A stretch of DNA of 64,000 bases from positions 248,001 through 312,000 of the forward strand of contig OZ025739.1 of assembly GCA_964019335.1 (NCBI GenBank), in the 5' to 3' direction. Origin of the DNA: Diplonema japonicum. Its lineage: Eukaryota > Protista > Euglenozoa: Diplonemea. Positions within the stretch are counted from its first letter, which is position 1; each line of letters begins with the position of its first letter. The position numbers were made by a program, and so were the translations under genes. Positions 11,458 through 22,745 of this stretch are shown piece by piece. The notes under the pieces were generated by a model, which saw only the letters and a program-made list of their open reading frames with translations, was not told the origin of the DNA and did not search any database.

Positions 11458-12861
11458 ATGAAACTCCTAATCCTTGCGGGGCTCCTCGCCCTTGCGGAGG
11501 GACGCACCCTGACTCTGAAGAGGCTTGAGAAGCCCTGCTGGAACGAGAAGAAGTGCAGGGACTGCGATGGGAGGTGTGTGAGGGAGGACATGGTGGCGTG
11601 TACGAGGGACCCCTGTCAGGAGGACCCCTGCGGGGATGGGGAGAAGTGCGTTGCGAACTACTGTGGGGAGTGCAGCGCCTGCTGTCTGGAGCCGAAGGAC
11701 TGCGACCAGCAGCCGAAGGTGTGCGGAGACGGGAGTGAGATCCACAGGGACCCCTTCAACAACTGCAGGTTTCTCGAGTGCCCCACGAGGGTGTGCACCC
11801 AGGAAGTGAAGACCTGTCCCGATGGATCCTCCGTGTCGAGGGACCCGAAGAAGAACTGCGCCTTCCCTGAGTGCCCTGTCCCCGCCTGTGTCCCGAAGGG
11901 CGCAACCTTCATGGGGGACCACGAGACCTGCACGCGCATCGACTTTATTTGCAAGGAAGGGTTCGAGCACTGGTTCGACGTGAAATGCGGCTGTGGTTGC
12001 AAGCCGAAGGAGGGCTGCCCCAAAGGCCAGTGCCCCGACTGCGAAGGGAAGTGCATTGATCAGGTGACTTGCATCCACAACCCTTGCTTGACGGACAACG
12101 GTGGGTGTGCTGCCGACGAGGAGTGTGTGGGTTCGTGCGGGTGCTTCAAGTGCGGGTGCGAGAAGAGGGTGTGCTCTGCTGATGTTTTCATCTGCCCAGA
12201 CGGCAGCTCCGTCTCGAGGGACCCCGCCAACAACTGCGAGTTCCCGAAGTGCCCTTCTTCCCCTGTGTGCCCTTTGGATGTTAGGGAATGTGCTGACGGT
12301 TCGTTCGTCTCGAGGGACCCCAAGAACAACTGTGAATTCCGCGAGTGCCCTACCTGCTCGAAGGGCCAGTGCAAGAACTGTGATGGGAAGTGTGTGGAAC
12401 AAGTCAACTGCCTTGTGAACCCCTGCACCACACCGGCCAACGGTGGGTGTGCTGCTGACGAGCTGTGTGTGGTTGATGACTGTGGTTGCACGAAGTGCGG
12501 GTGCGAGAAGAGGGTGTGCACTGCTGATGCCTTCATCTGCCCCGACGGCAGCTCCGTCTCGAGGGACCCCGCCAACAACTGTGAGTTCCCGAAGTGCCCT
12601 TCTTCCCCTGTGTGCCCTCTGGATGCGAAGCTATGCCCCAACGGGAAGTACGTCTCGAGGAACCCGAAGAACAACTGCGAGTTCAACCCGTGCGTGGGCG
12701 ATGCCTGCACAGGTTGCAACAAGTGGCTGAAGTGTGCCAGCTTGGACTGCCCCAAGGCTCCTGGCAGCTGCTACGGGTGTTGCCAAAAGTGTGTGATTGG
12801 AAACGACGGGACCTGCACTGGTGTGACCCCTGTGGAGGCCTGCCCCGTTGACACCCACTGA
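11458..12861 (+). CDS. Secreted cysteine-rich repeat protein
   Basis: Signal peptide MKLLILAGLLALAEG. Six CxxxxxxCxDGSxVSRDPxNNCxFxxCP-type modules and three longer Cys modules; internal duplication of about 340 bp. Confidence 0.85.
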   Translation: MKLLILAGLLALAEGRTLTLKRLEKPCWNEKKCRDCDGRCVREDMVACTRDPCQEDPCGDGEKCVANYCGECSACCLEPKDCDQQPKVCGDGSEIHRDPFNNCRFLECPTRVCTQEVKTCPDGSSVSRDPKKNCAFPECPVPACVPKGATFMGDHETCTRIDFICKEGFEHWFDVKCGCGCKPKEGCPKGQCPDCEGKCIDQVTCIHNPCLTDNGGCAADEECVGSCGCFKCGCEKRVCSADVFICPDGSSVSRDPANNCEFPKCPSSPVCPLDVRECADGSFVSRDPKNNCEFRECPTCSKGQCKNCDGKCVEQVNCLVNPCTTPANGGCAADELCVVDDCGCTKCGCEKRVCTADAFICPDGSSVSRDPANNCEFPKCPSSPVCPLDAKLCPNGKYVSRNPKNNCEFNPCVGDACTGCNKWLKCASLDCPKAPGSCYGCCQKCVIGNDGTCTGVTPVEACPVDTH

Positions 12862-13481
12862 TGCTGAAGATTACAGACATCATTTTTCTGAAAGTCTGGT
12901 TTATTTTTTTTTGTTTTTCTTCCTCTCTCTAGGAAAAAAAAAAAAGTTGTAGGACCCATGAAGTACGGTCTTTTATGGGGGTTTAGCCACTCAAAAGATA
13001 GTATTTTATGCAACATAATCTTTTTATTAAAAATATATACTTCCTACTTACTTCTTCTCTCTCTCTCTCTCTCTCCCCTTCGATTGCATTCCAGGTTGCG
13101 TTTTCTCTTCCCCATTCCCTCCCTTTTTTTTTCCTTTTTTTTTTTCCCTTAATTCAGTAAGTTGTTTAGCCTCTTGTGCTCTGTTTTTACTTTCTCTTTA
13201 GAAAAAAGATGGATTGACAGCCCTACAAAATGCATTTGTCTCTTTACAAAAATTACTTTGTTAGGGCAAGAATGTTGAACAAATCACTTACTTACCTTTT
13301 TTTTTTTTCTCTTTTTTCTTTTTGCTTTTTTAACACAACTTATGAGGTCAGTGACAGAATTTCTGCTTAACTTTTTCTTCCAGTAGCTTCACCCTTTGCT
13401 ACTATCTATCGGATGCTGGATGGTCTGGCCTGAAATCTGCTAGAAAGGTATTGGGCTACTGTTAAATGTTGTTGTTTTTTT

Positions 13482-13512
<31 letters not shown>

Positions 13513-13513
<1 letters not shown>

Positions 13514-16500
13514 ACTCATTTTCTGACTCATTCCTCCAAGCGCACAGAACGTTGTGGGGTCCGCCTCAAGAGTGCAAAGTGATTCACGGGCTTGCGGCTC
13601 CAGATGTTGCAGAACGAGGAGGGGTGGGCATTCTGGTGAAGAAACGGCTCCTGGCGCTGAAGGACAACGCGGTGTTCAATGGAGACATGTCGACGTCGCG
13701 GAGGGTGCACGCAAGGATCGCGATTGGGACCAACTCATGGCTGCATGTGATCACCCTCTATTGTCCAGTGAAAGACGGCACAGCAAACGCCAGACAGGAA
13801 AGGGAGAGGCTGCTGCACGAAACCGTAAGCGGCGTGTGTGAACTAGGGGAAGTCCCAGTGGCAATGCGACTTCAACACGTCGGTGGGGGAGTCCCCCGTA
13901 CTAGCTGAAGCGCTTGCGAGCCAGTGGGTTGACGCGGCCGCCACAATTGCCAGGCGCAAGAACGAGGAGACCCCCCCGACCTTTGTCACTGCAGTGGCAA
14001 GGACCAGGCCGGACTACATCCTGCTCAACAAGGTTGCGGCACACACGCTGAAGGACTGCGAGACGGTCGACATCGGGGTTCCCTCACACCATGCCCTTAG
14101 ACTTAGGCTAGGGGTGACAGCGCTCAAGCAGGCGACCTACCGGTTCTCCATCCCCAGGCAGATTACCCCGGCTCCAGTCGGACATAGACCGCCCCCGCCC
14201 GCGGACCTCCTTCAGACTCTGACTTCTTTTAAGGAGCTGGGGGACATGGACAGTGCTTACCAGTTCCTTTCCTCGATATGCGAACGGCACCTACTGGGGA
14301 CGTCAAGGGAGAGTTTTAATCCGAGCTACCTGGGGCGAGGGAGCCTGGGCGAGCCGACTCTCAAACGCATAACAGCGCCTGCTACAGCGCACAGCGTGGG
14401 TGCGGTCTCAAAGAGATATCTAGCGCTCGAGAAAACCGCGTGGGTTGTGCTGCTGTAGTCAGACGGCTGAAGCCTATATGTGGAGCCCCCCCGCATGAGA
14501 TCTGTAGGGGATGGGACAACGCGGTGCGACGTGCAGTGAACCAGCGTGTCATCCCTGAGAGTGCGGCGCCGACGGTTGATATGGCCAAGGACGCTGCGGA
14601 GCTGCAGGCGAAGGTGCTCCAAGTGCAGAGAACAATGGACCTCGCTAGCAAAGTATCGCGGGGTGCTAAGCACAAGAGAGAGATGGAGTACCACTTCGCG
14701 AAGCATCGCCAAACCATAGCGGGACTAGTGCAGGGAAAACAGTCGAGAGCTGCTGGCGGTCCGGACGGCTGACGGGAGGCTCAGCACCAATCTGGGCGAG
14801 ATCGACCGCGCGTTCAGGGAGGCATGGAGTCCTGTGTTCCAGATGTACAAAGACAGGCCAGAACCAACAGCGGAAGAGTTCGTGAGATCCTTCGGGGGGT
14901 ATATCCCGTACTGCTCGATGTCCACCACGGAGCTCACCTCTGCGCAGCTTCGGAAGGTCCTCAACAAGAAACAGCGGCAGCATTGTGCAGGGGTAGACGG
15001 ATGGAGGCTGAGTGAGCTAGCGCACCTACCCTCAGAACTCCTCGATGGCTTCCTGTTCCTCTTTGACTGGATTGAGACGACCGGCGTGTGGCCACAAGCG
15101 ATCCTGACTGCCTTGATCACGATGATCCCGAAGTCTGAGTCGGAAGAGCCCTTAGATCATCGCCCGATCACGGTCTCCAGTGCCTTCTACCGCCTATGGG
15201 CATGTGCCAGGCTCCCCGCTATTCTCGAGTGGCAGGAACGTTGGATCACCCCGACGCAGCACGGCTTTAGACCAAAACACGGCGTCGATGACCTACTCTT
15301 CAAAGTGTGTGCGCAGGTGGAAAATGCTCGACAGGGGGCAGAACCCCTGTATGGCCTGTCGGTAGACTTCAGGAAGTGTTTCGACTCCGTCCCTGTCACG
15401 TTGACGTTCGACCTTGCGGAGAGACTGGGCATGTCCGAGAATATCCTAAGGCCGCTGAGATCCATGTACGCCAACCTCGACCGGCGTTTGCGCTTCCAGG
15501 CGGGGGTAGGGGAGGTGTTTCGCACCACAAACGGAAATCCTCCAGGGCTGCCCTATCTCACCCGTCTTCATCAACGCCATCCTCGCTGCCTACACCAGGC
15601 GATGCGTCACCACATTCCCTGAAGTCCTACCCATCTCCTACGCGGACGACCTATACCTCTTCTCTAGGATCTCGGAGAAGGCGGTCCAGAGTTCCATACT
15701 CTTGCTGGACGAGCTCTGCCGCTTGACGAACATGTCGGTACACCCGGGGAAAACTAAGGCCTTTAGCACCAAGAAGGGGTACAGAAGCAGGCTGGCGATG
15801 AGGGGCACCTTATTCGATACGGTGAAAAGCGTAACTATGTTGGGGTGTACGGTGTGCCTGCAGCCCACCAGGACGAAGAACACAAGGATCGCCACGGCGC
15901 TGGATGCTGTCGACAGGCTCACAGTGACCCAAATCACGAGAACGCGTAAGGCCCAACTGATAGAAGACTGCATCCTACCTGCGGCGCTCTACGGAGTGCT
16001 CTACACACCACCCACGGACTCGCTCTTGGACTCCCTCAGGAAGAAGATTACCTCTTGCATATGGGGCCCACACAACCCAACACGCTCGTCAGGCGCCCTC
16101 CTCGGGGTGGCTTTCAAAGGACACAGGCTGGAGCCGTACTCAGCAGCCGCATACCGCAGGATCACAACGTTTGCGCGGATGATGAGGAGCGACGGTGAGT
16201 CCAGTTCACTCGTCAGGGCGTGCAGAGACGGCTACAAGGAGGCCGCCCGGAACGGAAACCCCCTCGCCCCGCGCGGGATACTCGGACAGACCCACGAGCT
16301 GCTGGAGGAACTAGGGTCCAGCTGGGCGCATTTCGCGCGGCAATGGGTCCCCCTAGAGCCTGGGGCACTGAAGCATGAGGTCAGGAAGCTCCTGAAGGTC
16401 CACCTGCGAGCGAACCTCGTGGAGAGCAGACCCTCCTTTCAGGGGACGGGCGACATCGACGAAGTGGCAACCAACGGGCTACACCTGCACCTGGCGACCC

Positions 16501-17508
16501 GCAACCCTCCCAAAGCACGAAGGGTACTGCAAGTGATAACTGGGGCTGTTTTCCCGTTCCACCCCAAGATCATCAACGACACGGTCGGGGGGCGGACGAA
16601 ATGCATGGGCTGCGACGCTACTTTCGACATTTCGGAACACACGGCGAGACTCCTGGAGCACACCCTCTGGGACTGTCAGGCGCACGAGCACATCAGGACA
16701 GCTTCCGAGACGCGGGCAGCGCTGTGCACACAACGTAACCAGTGGCCCCGGTGCACGCAACTGCACGGCATCGCGACAGTGGGACTCGGGCTGGACACTG
16801 CCGAGTTGCAGCTGATGATGGCGGAGATCACTGGTAGCTTACAACTCACCTTTGCACGGAAAAAGACGATGGACTTCAGCGTTCACCTGTGGAACAGGCC
16901 TTTCGAGAAGGGGAGTTTGCTCAAGCCACGGTCACTGAGGTGGTACTACGACAATGGTTTGAGGCAACAGTACCTCCCACGGCTCATCCCGCACGTCATC
17001 CGATGGCTCTCTGCCCTTCACTGGGGCACGACAGGTGGACAGGTCTCCAGGCTTGAGCTGGCCATAGACTTCATTGCCACGGTGGGACTCTCACCTTGTG
17101 AAGAGGGTGAGGACATCCAAGTGAGCGCGCGTGTAATAGGCCGGGTGATAACGGCACTAGAACGCATCCACACCAGTAAGGGCATAGCGCCCCTCATCCC
17201 AGCTGCGTCAGTAGTTTCTGTCCACTCCCTGCGCACGTTGGGTTACTACAACAGCTCCGTAAGGGGCTACTCCTCTAGACCGGTATTCGCCTCCCCGGTG
17301 ACCCGCCACATCCTTGAGAAACAACTGTACTACTATTGTGTCCTTACCAACTCGGTTGAGGGTTTTATACCTAAGGTACCGAGGAGGGTGAACGAGGGGC
17401 CGAAGGCCACACCACAGCAGAAAGGTTCGATCAAGAGATAGATTGAGACTCTTCAGGCGTCCTGCCACATACCGCAGGTACCCTTAAATGTCTCTTTTTT
17501 TTTTTTTT
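13513..17508 (+). mobile_element. Non-LTR retrotransposon (APE endonuclease + RT + CCHC finger), 5'-truncated, about 4 frameshifts
   Basis: APE motifs GGVGILV, DFN, RPDYILLN. RT motifs HRPITV, QHGFRP, VDFRKCFDSV, QGCPISP, YADD (15639-15650). CxxC...HxxWxC finger. Frameshifts near 13860, 14440, 14765, 15535. T-tracts on both sides. Confidence 0.92.
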
Positions 17509-17831
17509 AATTTCTATTTTTGATGGGATGGGCTGTAGTCAGAGATATCAAGGATTACACCCTTTTCCTCTTTTCTTTTTTTTCTTTTTTTTTTCTCTCT
17601 TTAACTATTATTCGTCTGTGATACTATTCGCCATAAAAAAAAAAATAAATAAAAAAAAAGAAATGCCTTTTTTCATTCTTGTTAAAAAAACGGGAAAAGA
17701 TCTTGACCCCGAGTCCTCGGGTTATCTTTTTTCAAAAAAAAAAAAAGATTTCTTTTTTTTTTCCTTTTCCTCCGATTCCCCCCTCGCGCCCGGAATGCTT
17801 TGAGACAACGTAAAACACATTTTATACAACA

Positions 17832-17954
17832 GGGGCAGCAAGACCTTTGGCCGGGTCTAGGTGAGCAACGACACCTCCCCTTAAGCGAGTCCTTTCAGGG
17901 AAGTCTGTGTCAGGGTAACTTTATGGTAGCGTCTTTTTTGACTTGTCACCTTGA
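17832..17954 (+). repeat. Structured dispersed repeat, internally deleted copy
   Basis: Same 81-nt head as 6984, then GGGTAAC and TGACTTGTCACCTTGA matching later parts of the long copy. Confidence 0.7.
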
Positions 17955-18057
17955 TGTAAAAAAAAAAAGATCAAATTTTATTTTTCTTTCTTGCGAGTTT
18001 CCGAGGAAAAAAAAAAAAAAAAACAAAGAAAACAAAAAAAATAAAAAATAAAATAAA

Positions 18058-20025
18058 ATGCGACATCTCTATGCGTTGGTGTTGATGTTGTCATGCGTGT
18101 GGGGTGGAGAAGGGTACGTGACGCTGACGCAGGAGAAGGATTTAAAAGTGGGTGAAAATGCAATGATATTCGTGAATTCAATGAGGAGCCTGTCAGAAGC
18201 GGTCCCGCTGGACTTCTACAGCCTGAAATACCCCAAACCGAAAGAGGTCTTCCAAGACCCCGGGGAAAACCTCGGCCAGCTACTAATGGGAGACAAACTA
18301 CAAAACTCAAAATACGTTTTCAAAGTAAACCAAAACACAACCTGTTCCACCTCAGCCGTAAAACTGGGCGAGAACGACGTTGGGGACTTCATAAAAGCCA
18401 TCAACAGTAAGTACCGAGTCCACATGATGTATGAGATGATGGACCTCCTAGCTGTTCACGCGACCAACGACAGCAATGTAGAAGTCCACCTTTCCAGCTA
18501 CAGAAAGGGATTTCTAGTTGGCGGGCCATATGGTAAAAAAGATCCAGACACTGGAATCCAACATTATTACATTCACAACCATATTGCGTTTTACATCTCG
18601 TACAACACCCCGAGCGGCAAGGCTGAGGATGACTCGAAAATGGTGTTTGTCGTCGGGTTTCGAGCCGAAGCGTTCTCCAGCAGAAAAGAATGCTCTCCGG
18701 ATTCCGGTGCCATGATCCTTCCGGAATCCAGTTTTTTCGCCCCGGATAAAAAAACAAAAACAAGCACCACAAAGACCACGAGCATCCCCTTCTCATACTC
18801 GGTAACATGGGTCCACGAAGACCGGCAATGGTCCGGACGTTTCAGCGATTATCTCAGCCATTTGCAGAACCCAGCCGTTGAGCTAGCAGATAACATCAGA
18901 GAATCTCTTTTGATGCTGTTGCTTTTAACCGCTGTTGTGGCGTGGATCATGATGAGAACCCTTCATTTGGACTTTAACAGGTACAACAACCCTGATAATG
19001 AAGAAGAGATGCGTGAGGAGGTTGGATGGAAGCTTGTTCACACCGATGTGTTCCGCCCACCTGACCACCCCAACCAGCTTGCCGCTTTCGTTGGGACCGG
19101 TGTCCAGATCACCGGTATGGCTGTCTCGGGTCTGTTCTTCTCTCTGATCGGGTTTGTCTCACCGGGAACCCATGGAAACATATTAATGATGATGATTTTT
19201 ATTTACGCCATTCTCGCCATTGCCAACGGGTACGTTTGCGGTACCTTGCAGATGACGTTCGGGGTGAAGCAGTGGAAGACACCTATTGCCGCTGGGCTTT
19301 TGTATCCTGGGGTCGTGTTCCTTCTGTGGGGCATCACGGAGTGCTTCCTTGCCGCGAAGCACGCGACATCCGCGGTGGGGTTCGGGGTGCTGTTTAATCT
19401 GATCGCACAGTGGTGGGGGATCTCGCTTCCTCTTATCGTGCTTGGTGTGGGATATAAAGAAAAAAAAAAAAAAAAAAAAAAAAACCAATACAGGAGCTTC
19501 TGCTGCGTACAAGCGCCCGCCTATCGCCCCGCCTATTCCTTACAGAACTATCGCGAGGCAGATTCCCCCGCAGTCCTGGGTTTTCTCGACTTATTCAATT
19601 ATTTTGGTGTGGAAAAAAAAAAATTTTTTTTTTTTAAAGATTAATCAAAACCCTATTACAGCTTCCTGGCCTTGTGACATTTGTGGCGGTTTTCATGGAA
19701 TTGCAGGTCATCATGCAGGCTATTTGGCAGGGCAGGATGTACCTCTTGTTCAGCTATATTGCAATGCTGACGTTGCTTGCGGCCGCCATTGTGGCGGAGG
19801 TCACCATCGTTGTTACCTACTACACCCTTATCTATGAGGACTACAGGTGGTGGTGGAAGTCCGTAATTTGCAACACCGGGATGGGGATTTACTTTTTCAC
19901 GTGGTGCATTTTTTACATGTTCACTCTAGGCCTTGGGTCGCTGCTGTCCCACTGGCTTTTCCTCTGCTTCGCGTTCATCGTCAGCCTTGCAGTTATCATG
20001 GTGTGCGGGACGATAGGTATGATTT

Positions 20026-20058
<33 letters not shown>

Positions 20059-20116
20059 TTTCTACTCTGCTTGGTGGTTTGTAACCAAGATTTACAACGC
20101 GATCAAAATCGAGTGA
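18058..20116 (+). CDS. TM9SF: Second TM9SF/EMP70 paralogue, 4 exons
   Basis: ENLGQLLMGD, GWKLVHTDVFRPP, EDYRWWW, IYNAIKIE. Introns 19445-19493, 19607-19661, 20017-20057; the last two match intron positions of the first paralogue. Confidence 0.92.
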
Positions 20117-20119
20117 GGG

Positions 20120-20153
<34 letters not shown>

Positions 20154-20484
20154 AAGAAAGAACAAGCATCGGAGGAAGAACAAACCCCCCCCCCCCATAG
20201 AATAAAAAAGAGAAAAAAAAAGTGTTCGGCTTTTTTGGTGAGAACGAAAAAGAAATCTGATGCACGATCAGAGAATTTGGAAGATAGGAAAAGCCGATGG
20301 AAGATGGAAAAAAAGAAGAACATGATAGTAGGAAGCGACAGGTGGACGAAGAGGGAAAAAAAAAAAAAAAGAGAGAGAAGAGCAAAAAAAATTGACTAAG
20401 GCCTTCAAAAAAAAAAAAACGAACAGGGGGGTTAAATCCCCGAAAGAACCCCCCCCCCCCCCCCCCAGGGCGTTGGCAAGAAAC

Positions 20485-20732
20485 GAAAACAACATTTCCT
20501 TTTCCGCTCCGTCTCACTTGGTACCACAGGAACGGGCTGACGAAAGAAATTCTTTCCGGGCCTTATCCTGTTTATCTCAATTGGCTGAGAACCCTTAAGT
20601 GGGGCAAGTGTCCTTGACTACACGAGTGGCGAAGACGCTGAACGGCAGAAGGGATCAAACATTAGATGAGAGTTGAGTTGTTAAGCGATCCTGTCACATA
20701 TTGCAGGTTCAAGACACCCTTTTTTTTTTTTT
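20485..20732 (+). mobile_element. Degenerate, internally deleted 3' relic of the LINE family at 58760
   Basis: CTTGGTACCAC...AAGTGGGGC aligns to about 61267-61354. CAGAAGGGATCAAAC...GCGATCCTGTCACATATTGCAGGTTC...GACACC plus T-run aligns to the LINE 3' end. 5' boundary approximate. Confidence 0.8.
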
Positions 20733-20734
20733 CT

Positions 20735-20779
20735 TTGGTGGGCCGTTGCTAACCACTTCGTTCCTATCATAGTGAATTC
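20735..20779. repeat. 45-46 nt dispersed repeat, copy 1
   Basis: TTGGTGGGCCGTTGCTAACCACTTCG(T)TTCCTATCATAGTGAATTC recurs at 29975-30020 with one indel. Confidence 0.85.
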
Positions 20780-20997
20780 TTTTCTTTTTCAAGTTGCTCG
20801 TACGCCAGGCGGTTTATGAAGCAACCAAAGTCATTTCTTCTTCTTTTTTTTTTTTTTCTTTTTCCGTTTCTCCACTACTAGCTTCTCTCCCTTCATAGTG
20901 TTTCAGTCTTCTTTTCTTTTTTTTTTTTTTTTTTTTTTCCCCTCCCACCGCAAAAATAAAATCTCATAGGAAACAAAAAAAAGAAAAGAAAAAAAAA

Positions 20998-21651
20998 ATG
21001 CTTGTTTTGAAAATCTCAGCAGGGGTGATGGTGGTGGTTTTCGCGCTGATGGCGGCAAATGACTTAGAAATGACCGAGACATGGGGGTGTGACCTGGGTG
21101 TTCCCATCCTGTGTGCTGAGATGCCTTCAGGGAACAGGTTGCAGGTGATTCTGCGCGATGAAAAAAACAGCTACGAGAAGTGGATGGGGCACCTTCTTGG
21201 GGATTTCGCCTTTATGCTGGCTTACGGTACACTGTTTGGCGTCAGCCCGTACTTAAACGGTAAGAGAGAAAATGGGTTCAAGTCCTTGATTTGCTTTGCA
21301 TCATATGTAGCGGCCTTTTGCGATTTTATTGAGAATACACTGCTTCTATCTGCCTTACAGAACGAGAGGACTGGATCACCGACCAAAATCCCCACCTCCA
21401 GTCTAGAGCCTGTTATCTACGGCTTAGCCACCGCCAAGTTCTTCCTTCTTTCTGTCACTCTGGTGCTTCATGGTGTTTTTTGGGGAGGTATCGCTCTAAC
21501 CCTTGTTCCCCTTGGTCTCCTGGGGCTCGGAACCCCCCTGAAACCCATGTGCGCCTTTCCTTGCTGTGCGGGCTTTCTCGCCCTTTCTCTCAGCATCGCG
21601 CAATACTTGTTCTCAAAGAATACGCACTCGAATTGGACAAAGAACCAGTAG
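20998..21651 (+). CDS. Hypothetical multi-pass membrane protein
   Basis: 217 aa, several hydrophobic segments, DFAFMLAYG and AAFCDFIEN motifs; ATG follows an A-rich leader. Confidence 0.75.
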   Translation: MLVLKISAGVMVVVFALMAANDLEMTETWGCDLGVPILCAEMPSGNRLQVILRDEKNSYEKWMGHLLGDFAFMLAYGTLFGVSPYLNGKRENGFKSLICFASYVAAFCDFIENTLLLSALQNERTGSPTKIPTSSLEPVIYGLATAKFFLLSVTLVLHGVFWGGIALTLVPLGLLGLGTPLKPMCAFPCCAGFLALSLSIAQYLFSKNTHSNWTKNQ

Positions 21652-22006
21652 AAAGAAAGTTGAAAAAGAAATTTCCGAGTTTTTTATTTTATTTTATAGA
21701 AGAGTTTAGTGTATTTCTCTCTCTTGCAACGTCACTTCTTTCTTTTTTTTTTTTTTTTTTTTTTTTTTGGTCTGCCGTTCGCGCTTTTTTTAATATCTCC
21801 TTCTTTTTTGGCAAAAAAAAAAAGATCGGTGTGCTCTGGGAGTGCTCACCGTAGTGATGAAATGAACTTTAAAAAAAAAAAAGAAGAGAAAAGGAAAAAA
21901 AAAAACCCGAATGTCCATGTGGCTCTTACTCTATTCTTCTTCCCCCCCTCCTAGCCACACTTCTGTTCACAATAACTAACTTGCTGTTTCAGAGCACGTT
22001 GCTGCA

Positions 22007-22639
22007 ATGGCGAAAGTGGACCTCAAGTGGCTTTGCGCGGTTAACGAAAAAACGGGCCGCCCCACCCCCATGATGTCAAAGCTGGTGAGGAAGTGGAGTG
22101 TTTGTGGCAACGTAGTGGAGGTACTGAGCTTGCGCAACCCGAAGGATAGGTATCTGAAACTCTTGGTGGAAGCTTCAAAGAAAGAGGTTTTTATCGAGCC
22201 CGTCACTGTCACTAGGGACAGGCAACACTTTGTAGCAGTTAATACGCTCCTCGACTACGAGCAGAGGGAGAGGAAAAGAATGCGAAAAGTAGTTCAACTG
22301 GGGGTTCACATACTCGTGGGGGAACATGATCGAGCGACAGAGCTTATCCAGACAGAAGAACACAGCACCTACCACTACAGAGCTAAACTGTTTATAACAG
22401 GACTCGAGAGCCTTTACAGGTCTGCAATCGAGTCTAGTTTGTTGGTTACATTCAAAGCTGTCATCCCTCCTTCTCCCCGTGCCCCTCATTTATACTACAT
22501 GCCGTCTCTTCCGCTTACTCCCTTGTCTGACTGGCTTGCCTCCGAGAACGATTCACGACTCTTTATCTGTGCTGATGAGGAGCTCGACTTCTCTCTTCTG
22601 TCAAGCTTGTTTCGCTACAACTCTGCTCTCACAAATTAG
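22007..22639 (+). CDS. Hypothetical protein
   Basis: 210-aa ORF with coding-like composition between homopolymer spacers; no family recognised. Confidence 0.6.
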   Translation: MAKVDLKWLCAVNEKTGRPTPMMSKLVRKWSVCGNVVEVLSLRNPKDRYLKLLVEASKKEVFIEPVTVTRDRQHFVAVNTLLDYEQRERKRMRKVVQLGVHILVGEHDRATELIQTEEHSTYHYRAKLFITGLESLYRSAIESSLLVTFKAVIPPSPRAPHLYYMPSLPLTPLSDWLASENDSRLFICADEELDFSLLSSLFRYNSALTN

Positions 22640-22745
22640 AAAGAAGAAGAAGAAAAAAAAAAAAAAAAAAAATGGTTCTTGTTTTTTGTTTTGTTTTGTT
22701 TTTTAGTCTTTTTAATCCCAGGAGAAACAAAAAAAAAAAAAAAAA

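Noticed and set aside
20759-20779. Resemblance of TTCCTATCATAGTGAA to an LSU rRNA segment or snoRNA guide
   Set aside because: Too short, and no convincing C/D boxes.
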